Assembly (NCBI RefSeq): GCF_006345805.1
Contig: NC_043005.1
Span: forward strand, 6,634,001 to 6,698,000
Direction of reading: 5' to 3'
From: Octopus sinensis
Taxonomy: Eukaryota
DNA length: 64,000 nt
Under the pieces are notes generated by a model, which was given only the letters and a program-made list of their open reading frames with translations, made no database searches and was not told the DNA's origin. How positions within the stretch are numbered: the first letter of the stretch is position 1; every line of letters begins with the position of its first letter. The position numbers and the translations under genes were made by a program. Positions 13,770-24,417 of this stretch are shown here, piece by piece.

Positions 13770-14319
13770 GAGTGAGAGAGCAGTTCATGCCATCAAAGTG
13801 ACACTGGGGTAAAATATACGAAGCCCAATATACCCATCATGACTACCCGTCTGATAAAGGTACACCAGGCACATGCATCACAACCATATGTGCGCGACAT
13901 GGTGATCTCATATCAAGATAAACAGCACGTGACCTTGCAGGTGGGGCCCAGTTAGAATTTTCTTCAGGTTGAGTAGCCCATCCTGCTCAAAAGGTCCCTG
14001 AATAAGGGTTGCTTTAGAATGTTGAACGAAACACCTATGTTTCCAGAGGTGAATTATTCAAACCCCAAAGAATCCCTCTCAACACATGGCTATGATGCTC
14101 CCCCACTACTTCTGCTCATGATCAGAGATGAACATATCGTCAGACTCTAAGGGACATGCTCAACCGGTTAAAGTCAAACAACTGACAAACAAATCTGTGG
14201 CATTGATCAGAATATTTGCTGTAGCCCATCTTTTATACCAAGACAAAACAATGTACATGATAACACTTCCAATCAATCAAGAAGCCACGAGAGCCACTGC
14301 CTGGTACTGCATCAGGGCA
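13770..14319. mobile_element. ~550-bp non-coding element in (ATT)n, copy 2
   Basis: GAGTGAGAGAGCAGTTCATGCC...GGTACTGCATCAGGGC flanked by (ATT)n. Confidence 0.75.
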
Positions 14320-14353
14320 TTTATTATTATCATTATTATTATTATTATTATTA

Positions 14354-14443
<90 letters not shown>

Positions 14444-14500
14444 TGTTATTATTATTATTATATTATTATTATTATTATTATTGTTATTATTATTATTATT

Positions 14501-14841
14501 GAGTGAGAGAGCAGTTCATGCCATCAAAGTGACACTGGGGTAAAATATACGAAGCCCAATATACCCATCATGACTACCCGTCTGATAAAGGTACACCAGG
14601 CACATGCATCACAACCATATGTGCGCGACATGGTGATCTCATATCAAGATAAACAGCACGTGACCTTGCAGGTGGGGCCCAGTTAGAATTTTCTTCAGGT
14701 TGAGTAGCCCATCCTGCTCAAAAGGTCCCTGAATAAGGGTTGCTTTAGAATGTTGAACGAAACACCTATGTTTCCAGAGGTGAATTATTCAAACCCCAAA
14801 GAATCCCTCTCAACACATGGCCATGATGCTCCCCCACTACT
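14501..14841. mobile_element. ~550-bp element, partial copy 3
   Basis: Near-identical to 13770-14110; ends at CCCCACTACTTCT then (ATT)n. Confidence 0.75.
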
Positions 14842-14878
14842 TCTATTATTATTGTTGTTATTATTATTATTATTATTA

Positions 14879-15567
14879 CTTTTTTTTTTTCTTCTTTCAA
14901 ATTTTCTTCCATTTCTTGCCGAGTGTCTTCCCGACTCCTAGGGCAAAGAAACTCATAGTGTATATTGGTAGGCCATTAAACCAAACTCAGAAGTTCGTTA
15001 ATTTTTTTTTTTTTTTTTTTTTTAAGTTAGATTAAAATACATGAGCAGCAACAGTTCTCACATCGACATTGCTCTTCTCAATACGTGTGATGTACCAGTT
15101 AAGACAATCTTTTGCACTTCTTGCAGGGATGGTAAGCCAGGGATCATTCTCATATAATTTTCGCTTCCCTTCTTGATCATTCCTAGTGCTCCTACGATCA
15201 CTGGTATTGTAACCGCCTTGAGATGCCACATTTTCTCAATTTCAATGAGTAGGTCTTTATATTTTCTGAGCTTGTCAAACTCTTTCGCTGAGATATTATG
15301 ATCACAGGGGATGCTCATGTCGATCAATAAGCAAACTTTATTGTTTTGGTCTTTCACAACAATATCTGGTTTATTGGCCTTGATGGTTCGGTCTGTATGT
15401 ACTGGAAAGTCCCACAGAATGGTTACATTTTCTCCTTCAGTTACAGCCTCAGGGTGGTGATTATACCACTTGTCGGCAGTTTTGATATTGTAATGCCGAC
15501 TTATTAGCCAGTGGAGATATTGGCCAACTCTGTCATGTCTTAATTTATACTCCACTGGTGCTAAGAC

Positions 15568-15568
<1 letters not shown>
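14879..15568 (-). mobile_element. 5'-truncated R4/Dong-like RLE LINE, family 3
   Basis: ORF 15555-15058: RHDRVG...KPDIVV...IDMSIP...DKLRKY; (AAT)n at both ends; sequence and 3' UTR differ from families 1 and 2. Confidence 0.88.
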
Positions 15569-15629
<61 letters not shown>

Positions 15630-15639
15630 CACTGAACAG

Positions 15640-17455
15640 ATCAGACTGTTGGAAAAGAAAAATCAGGCTACAACCAGTTAACTTAGATCCGAGGAACCCT
15701 CCTGAGTATCCTAGTTGTCCCTAATATCACTGTTTTCTGGAACTGTAATTTATCCTTCTGTTCAAATATTTACAAATATCTACAACTAGTAGGATATATT
15801 TCATCTGCACTTTCCATAGCCTCTGTAATTCAATGACTAGGTCCTGGTACTTTTATCTATACCTCGCATATTGATTTTCTCATCATTTGAGACTGGAAAC
15901 TCAGTTATCTGGCATTTTCTATTCTCTTTATCTACTACTACTAAATCAAGCCTCCAAGCTTATATTACTCTGTCAGTGTGATTTTTAAAGTCTCACAAAA
16001 TTTTATATTTCTGATAATATATTTTTATATTTCTTATTTTCTAGTATTTTAATAGGTTCGTATTATTTCATCACCACTTTCATATTCTTCTAAACGTTGG
16101 AAATATAGATTTCACGACGCTGGGATAAACACAACTGTCTTCACACGACGTAATTCATATTACTCCACTAAAACATGATACTCCAATAAATATAAACTTT
16201 CGACCATCTCAAAGACATCTTCGGCTTCCTGGAAATCTCAACGACTCCTATAACATCCTCTCATCTCACCCATTAACTCTACATTCTATGAGAGTACAGC
16301 TAGTATATTCTTCCAGTTCCATAACAAATACTCCGTCAGTCTGAGTGTAACATCTTATATTTCTTACTTTCTAGTACTTTATTAGGTTCATTTTTATACC
16401 TTTATCACTATGGTCAAATTCTAGCATTCTACATAGGTTCCAGTGGATTACTCTCCTTAAATTATCATGTTTTTTTTTGCATTCTTTGTGCCAACATTCA
16501 CTTACGCTTTCCGCATTTGATTTGCATAATCCACATTGGGGATGTCCTTGATTTTTGTCTATTTTGGCTTTTATTCAATTAGTCCTTAATGCTTGATCTC
16601 TTACTGCTACTAAGATACTTTCTGTCTTCCACTTCACCTTCCCTTTCTGCAACCATAACAATGTCTCACTACTACTATTTGCTGTAACTATCTTTGAGAA
16701 TCTACCAGTCAGTCAGAAAACTTATGTTCTTTTATCTGTTTTTTTTTTACTTAGTTTGTCACTTTTTGGATTTCCTATGTCACGCTGTGGTTCTAGCAGT
16801 TCTTAATAAGCTTTCGTCACTATTAACTACGTACGAATCTACAACTACTCCAGCTGATTCCATGCAGTATACTTCTGATATTAACCTTCTTCTGTTATCC
16901 TCTTCGGGTATGCATAATCTTGCTATTCCTGCTTCTGGGTGGAGTCTTCATTTCATATTGAATTCCTTCCTAGTTCTGCTGTCTAGCTTTACTAATTCAG
17001 TGTGCGTTCAATCTATAAAACCTGCTGAGTATCTAATCAATGATACTGCCTCCGTATTTACACTCCTCACTAGATTCAGACAGAGCATTTAACTTTGCCT
17101 TCATTCACCTCCTCACCCTTGTTTTGTACTTCTTCAAAATTTTCGTTATCATTTCTATAATTAGTATTTTGTCAGATATCAATACTCCTAGATAGTCATG
17201 ACTTCTTCTTCTTTCAATGATTTTAATGTCTGGTCATCTGGTAATCCGATGCCTCCCCTATTGACTACGTGTCCCATTTTCGTGCCTAATATTACACATT
17301 TATCAATGCAAAATTCAATGCTTAATGAATCTATCTCTTTTGCATTCTTACTAAAAGTTTCAGATCATCCATGTAGAGCAAATGCTTAATTCTTCCCTTT
17401 TTCGAAACTGATACCCCGCCTCAGTCTTTCTGAATAGTAAACTGTGTGGTTGAAA
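15640..17455 (-). mobile_element. Highly degenerate RLE LINE
   Basis: Remnant motifs KHLLYMDDLKL (~17380), VAVRDQALRTN (~16600), HDNLRRVIHW (~16450). Confidence 0.65.
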
Positions 17456-18176
17456 CATAGACAACTATTATTATTATAATTATCATTATTAGCCCCAACA
17501 ACAACAGCAGCAGCAGCAGCAAGAGTAGTACTAATAGCAGTAGTAGTAGTAATTCTTGTTCTGTTGCAGTTGTTGCTGTAGAGGAAGAAGAAGAAGAATG
17601 TGGCGATGGTGGAGGAGGAGGCGAAAAGGAGAGGAAAAAGAAATGATCAACAGAATATAAGATATTTATGCAGACGGAAGGTGCCTGTTGTAGGTGTAAA
17701 TGATGAAGAAATAGAAATGTGTAACAAAAGAATTACTAAGGGTTGGAAGATGTAGTAAAACTGAAATATGAATAATGTAATTCTCAGTTTGCAATCAGGA
17801 AGGAGAGCCAAGAATGTTAATCGGCGTTGATTGGGAAGTAAACACAGTAAATGATATATAAAAGGATATACAAACACGAATCGACATACTCGTATGCATT
17901 CACTCATACTGAAAGACAGCCTTATATAAGCACATATATACACGAAATCATATGCAGTAATTATCAAAAACCCAGAATACCCCAGGACAATCATAAACAC
18001 ACAAACACACACAAATATTCATAGGCATTAACAACGGATTTCATATTCCAATGGGAGACGACTAATAATATGTAGTGCGTCAAAGTGAGTGAGAGACAGA
18101 AGAAAGAATAGAAAGCCATGAAGTGTTTAGAATTATATTGCTAATGGAACAGAATCAAAAACTTAATCCAACTTAC

Positions 18177-18248
18177 AGGGTCGTCAAACTGGGAAGATTT
18201 TGGAAAGATCCTGCTGTGATTTCTTTGATGTCGTTATTATGCAAATAT
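18177..18248 (-). CDS. LRR gene, internal 72-nt exon (YLHNNDIKEITAGSFQNLPSLTTL)
   Basis: ttttcgttacag|ATATTTG...GACCCT|gtaagtt; 72 nt, phase 2-2. Confidence 0.9.
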
Positions 18249-18339
18249 CTGTAACGAAAACGATAGCTTTGAAAACCTTGTGCAGAATAGGTTCGTAATG
18301 GAATATTCAATATAAAGCATAAGTTACGGAAGCAGACGA

Positions 18340-18374
18340 TGAGGGAGATGATCATTATGCTGCTGCTGATGAAA

Positions 18375-18421
<47 letters not shown>

Positions 18422-18536
18422 AATGGTGATGATGATGATGATCATCATGATGATCATGATGATCATGATGATCATGATGATCATGATGATCATGATGATC
18501 ATGATGATCATGATGATCATGACCATGATGATGATG

Positions 18537-18568
<32 letters not shown>

Positions 18569-18680
18569 GATGATGATCATGATGATATAGAAAAGGAACA
18601 TAAAAAACAAAAATAAAACTAACAAATGAAAATGGGGAGTAGAAAAAGGAGAAGAGGAAAAAGATGCGGAAGGACAAGCT

Positions 18681-18711
<31 letters not shown>

Positions 18712-18727
18712 AAAAGAAGAAGAAGAA

Positions 18728-18759
<32 letters not shown>

Positions 18760-19340
18760 AAAGAAGAAAAAGAAGATGATGATGAGGAGGAGGCGGAGGA
18801 AGCGCTGGAGGAGAAGGAAGAAGTGGAAGAAGATCAACAACAACAACAAAAATTAGAATAAGGAAAACAATGAGAAAAGCAAAAAGAAAAAGAGGGAGAA
18901 TGAGAACGAATAATAAAACAAATGACAAAGGAGAGGAAGGAGATTTTTTAAAAAATGAAGTAGAAGAAACATACAAGAAAATGAAGGAGAAATTCAGGAT
19001 GAAGAAAAGGAAAAAAAGGAAGAAAAAGAAGACGAAATATAAGAAAAAGAAAATATGGCGAAATAAAAAAGAAGATCAGGAGAAAGAGAAAAATAAGGTA
19101 AGAATGGGGTTGAGAATGCTGATGATGATGATGAGAAGGAGGAAGCAGAGGAGGATCGGAGTTATGATAATGATGATGTAGGAAACGGAGTTCAAAAATA
19201 ATAATTAGGTAAAAATGAGACAGAAGCAGCAGCAGCAGCAGCAGAAGAGGAAGTAGAAGGAAAAGAAGAAAGCGAAGAAGAAGGAGGAGGCGGAGGGGGA
19301 GAATGATGAGGAGACGGAGGGGAGGAAGAAGAACAGAAGA
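18340..19340. repeat. Compound trinucleotide microsatellite region (GAT, GATCAT, GAA, GAG)
   Basis: Long (GAT)n, (GATCATGAT)n and (GAA)n runs; source of the poly-M, poly-K, poly-E and poly-H pseudo-ORFs. Confidence 0.9.
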
Positions 19341-19681
19341 AGAATATATATAAAATTTAAAGTATGAAACAAGTAGTTAAAATATACATCTAGAAGCGCA
19401 TGTCTAGCATGGTTCTCAGATACAGACTGAATTTCAGACATTTTCATACACTCGGATATCCTCTTCCATACACAAAAAGACAGGCATACGAATATGTATA
19501 TATAGATAGACAAATACATACATACATACATACATACATACATACATACATACATGTCCTAAATGTTCCCTCTCCAATACCACGCATTCACATTTCCCAA
19601 ATCTCTGAAATATGCCCGCACTCACATTGACAGATTCACAAACAATTAAACACATCTTTAGAAAAGCGTGTGTGAACTTAC

Positions 19682-19753
19682 AGTTTTGTCAAGTTGGACA
19701 GATTTTGGAAGGATCCTGCTTTGATTCCCTTGATATCATTCAAAGCCAAACTC
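19682..19753 (-). CDS. LRR gene, internal 72-nt exon (SLALNDIKGIKAGSFQNLSNLTKL)
   Basis: ttaatgttccag|GAGTTTG...AAAACT|gtaagtt; 72 nt, phase 2-2; joins the LRRNT exon in frame (...NVEYL-SLALNDI...). Confidence 0.9.
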
Positions 19754-21177
19754 CTGGAACATTAAATTAAGAAGCTTTTTATGCAACAGTTTTGTGACAG
19801 AATATCAAATATTATCGCTAAACAGTTGGATGATAGAAAAGATGGAAATCAGTTTACGATAATGATGAGTTTGATAATGATGAGACAGACATTTAGAACA
19901 TGTAGGTCCATCTTGCCTGTGTGCGGGAATGGATCTACTTGTTATACCTGTGTCTGTGCATATGCATATATGCATATTTTTGTGTATAAGCATAGGGATT
20001 TACTCCCCCATGTGTGTTGGTGTGGGCGTGAGTGTGGGTGTATGCATATCTTTGTCCATAAGCATAGAGATTTACTTCCTCATGTGTATGAGTGTGTCTG
20101 TATGTGCGCATGTACGTGTATGTGTATACGTGCGTATGCGCGTCAGTTCTTGTACCCAACTACATGCGCCTTTTTCCGTATGTATGTGTATATTGAGATA
20201 TTTACGTGTGTGAGCATATACGTATGTGGGTGGGCAGACGGGCGGGCTTTACATATGTACGCGTGAGTATGTATTTGTGTGTATACGAGTGCGTGTGCAG
20301 AGGCAGCTTAGATATACGTACGTGGCGGGACGGAGGTATATGAGCACCCCTGTCGATATATTTTTACACGAGAGTACGTATGTATGTATGCGTGTGGATG
20401 TGTATACGTATGTATGCGTGTATATGTATATATGTATCCATGCGTGTACGTATGTACATGTTGACCACTAGACAATTTACGAGGAAATAGATAAACGGTT
20501 TAGCCATAAACCAGACAACCGTAATTAACCATATACTGGGTCTCCAGACTTTCCAGTTGATTTATGACACCCACCGCTACGCCCGTAGGCTTCTACAACC
20601 AGAATATGTCATCCTTCTGACCACCTTGTTAGTTCTCAACCACTTTATATCCCTTATGCTTATATTTTTTTATATATTTTTATATTTTCTATATCCTTTT
20701 ATATTTTTTATATTTTTTATATTTTTTAATATTTTTTAATATTTTTTATATTTCTACATTTCTATTTTTTAATTTTTTTATATTTTTTTATCTTTCGTCC
20801 TTAATTCTCGCTCCTTTATCTTTATCTCTATTTATTTATATTACCAGGTTTTTTCACGTGTGTGTGTATTTATATATTTATTTATTTATTTATTTATATT
20901 ACCTCAACATCCAAACTTCCTCATTCTACATTGAGTAAAAGACGGGATGGACGCTTCGTTTTTGCGCTGGTGCCCCACTATGCCGTACGCGACTTTGAGG
21001 ATTTGCATCCCCAACGTAGAATTTGATGTAATACATGTCCTTGAAGTAGTAATTGTGCGCGGCTGAAGAAGGCCATAGACACACATTATGCATTGTTATA
21101 AATCCGTCTAATAAAGGCCCAAAACATATGTACCGCTGAATCCTTGGCATCATGTTTTTATTTTGATATATATATAT

Positions 21178-21411
21178 ATTCAACAATAATATTAAGGAAT
21201 GGCCTTGATAGGCCATTCAACTCACTAATTTAATTGAGCTGGTTTGCCAAAATGTACGTCGAAACTATGCATAGTCCAAAGATGATAAGGGTAAATGTTT
21301 TTAATTTTCCTTTGGTTTCTGAATTACTACTATTTAGCGGTTTGAGTTTGGCTGCTCGTTTTAGTGGGTTGAATGGCCTATCAAGGCCATTCCTTAATAT
21401 TATTGTTGAAT
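21178..21411. repeat. 51-bp inverted repeat pair (1 mismatch), each arm containing an 8-bp hairpin
   Basis: 21178-21228 is the reverse complement of 21361-21411; each arm contains GAATGGCC-N6-GGCCATTC. Confidence 0.85.
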
Positions 21412-21517
21412 GTACATTATATGGTCTGTTGAATATTTTTTCTTTCTCACTAGACCGCTGGTGGCGAAAAAATTTCTATTGAATTTTTTGCTACCCTGAT
21501 ATTGATTAATATATATA

Positions 21518-21564
<47 letters not shown>

Positions 21565-21583
21565 TTAATTTGATTCGGCTTTG

Positions 21584-21625
<42 letters not shown>

Positions 21626-22152
21626 CAAAGCCGAATCAAATTTTAAAATGGGACATCTAAAAATGGAATGGGAGGTAATGATAATATAGCCTGTGTATTT
21701 AAGTGGTGAATTGGGAATCAGCACAATATGTTATTAACGTGGCACAATATAGTACTAAATAAAATATAAGAATAAAAACAATCGCGTATAAACAAAGAAG
21801 TTAATGATAAATCAAGATTAAGAAATACGTACATAAGTGTATACGAGGAGTCTAACGCATATAAATATAATTTGGGAAGCAAGAAATAGGTATAAACATA
21901 ACTATGTACTTCTTATGTAAGTAGATTTATTATAACTAGTTATTATATACAACATAATAATACTAATTGAGGAATAAGCATAAATATTCATCAGAAATTA
22001 CACAATGAAGCCAAGATTGATAGATTTTTAGAAATGGTCGTTTACTGCCGTGCTTTAAAGAAATGTCTATATCGCGTGATCGTCGTTTTGATCATGACAA
22101 AGATGTACAGAGAATCTGCATGAAATTTTGCCATAAAATCAGCGATACCTGC

Positions 22153-22294
<142 letters not shown>

Positions 22295-22333
22295 GTGTGT
22301 GTGTGTGTGTGTATATATATCTATATCTATCTA

Positions 22334-22363
<30 letters not shown>

Positions 22364-22368
<5 letters not shown>

Positions 22369-23734
22369 AAATCAAATTGCGATAAAATAAAAATAATTAT
22401 AATCGCTGGTATTACTAACACAAGCCATATATTTTTCATATATCAGTACATTAAGGCGAATATGTGCTAGGAATACAGAAGCTTGATAAATTAAGTGAAA
22501 TGAAGATAAAAACATTTACTAAACCGGTAATTCTCAGACTGCAGTTTCTTTCTTTTCAGCAATAAAGATAATTTATTTGCCCAGGGAGAATTCTTCAGTG
22601 AGACCCTGTTTTTCTGGGATCCTAACTCACTAGAAGCATGTGCGTCTAATGAATTACTCTCCCTAACTAATCATATCACTGCGCAGACTCCGAACGTCCC
22701 GACAACACTAGGGAATTCTGGTATATCGCCTGGCGCTCATAATTTATCGAGAAATATGTAAACAAATCAAATTGCGATAAAATAAAAATAATTATAATCG
22801 CTGGTATTACTAACACAAGCCATATATTTTTCATATATCAGTACATTAAGGCGAAATATGTGCTAGGAATACAGAAGCTTGATAAATTAAGTGAAATGAA
22901 GATAAAAACATTTACTAAACCGGTAATTCTCAGACTGCAGTTTCTTTCTTTTCAGCAATAAAGATAATTTATTTGCCCAGGGAGAATTCTTCAGTGAGAC
23001 CCTGTTTTTCTGGGATCCTAACTCACTAGAAGCATGTGCGTCTAATGAATTACTCTCCCTAACTAATCATATCACTGCGCAGACTCCGAACGTCCCGACA
23101 ACACTAGGGAATTCTGGTATATCGCCTGGCGCTCATAATTTATCGAGAAATATGTAAACAAATCAAATTGCGATAAAATAAAAATAATTATAATCGCTGG
23201 TATTACTAACACAAGCCATATATTTTTCATATATCAGTACATTAAGGCGAAATATGTGCTAGGAATACAGAAGCTTGATAATTAAGTGAAATGAAGATAA
23301 AAACATTTACTAAACCGGTAATTCTCAGACTGCAGTTTCTTTCTTTTCAGCAATAAAGATAATTTATTTGCCCAGGGAGAATCTTCAGTGAGACCCTGTT
23401 TTTCTGGGATCCTAACTCACTAGAAGCATGTGCGTCTAATGAATTACTCTCCCTAACTAATCATATCACTGCGCAGACTCCGAACGTCCCGACAACACTA
23501 GGGAATTCTGGTATATCGCCTGGCGCTCATATTTATCGAGAAATATGTAAACAAATCAAATTGCGATAAAATAAAAATAATTATAATCGCTGGTATTACT
23601 AACACAAGCCATATATTTTTCATATATCAGTACATTAAGGCGAAATATGTGCTAGGAATACAGAAGCTTGATAAATTAAGTGAAATGAAGATAAAAACAT
23701 TTACTAAACCGGTAATTCTCAGACTGCAGTTTCT
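22364..23734. repeat. Tandem repeat, ~396-bp unit, about 3.5 near-identical copies
   Basis: Units start at 22364, 22759, 23155 and 23548 and differ only by a few single-base indels. Confidence 0.95.
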
Positions 23735-24417
23735 TAGATATTTGAAATGACTAATATATATAAATTATCAATGAAAATATATATAAATATTATAATCAAG
23801 ATCTAAAATAAACTCTATAAACGATTGTATATAATGAAAACCTAATATATTTAATTTCTCATATTTAAAGATGAAATAGCTAATTTCAAAAAACAAAAAA
23901 TATATATACACACATGCTCATGCACATATATACATGTATGTATATAAACATATCTAAATACGTACACAAACTCACACACACATATATATATCTATACATA
24001 CACATAAACATATAGACACAGATATATTTATAATGCAGCCCTATACTTCTACACATTACTTATTCATACTCCCACACACACACATACAATCACTCATTCA
24101 TAAACATATACTCTCAGCATGACACTAACACAGAGGAGAAATAACATCCAGTAGCCGCAGATACTCAACCACGTACTTATAGTAATATTTCATTCTTAGT
24201 AAAATAGTATTAAATACTATATACTATATATATGTAATAAACATATATAAATACGTAAACAAACACACACACATATATATTTATACATACACAAATTTAG
24301 TAAAATAGTATTAAATACTATATACTATATGTATGTAATAAACATATATAAATACGTAAACAAACACACACACACACACACATATATATCTATACATACA
24401 CAAATACATATAGACAC

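Noticed and set aside
6337-19555. Many 60-150 aa ORFs of poly-I, poly-L, poly-M, poly-K, poly-H or YIYI type in the ORF track (also throughout 27500-28800 and 41700-47700)
   Set aside because: They are translations of (ATT)n, (GAT)n, (GAA)n, (TA)n and (TATC)n microsatellites with no splice or homology support.
20886-21216. 96-aa minus-strand ORF in a GC-richer island ending near a GAG|GTAAT donor-like site
   Set aside because: No recognisable motif in any frame, stops in all frames, no clear acceptor, and not LRR-like.
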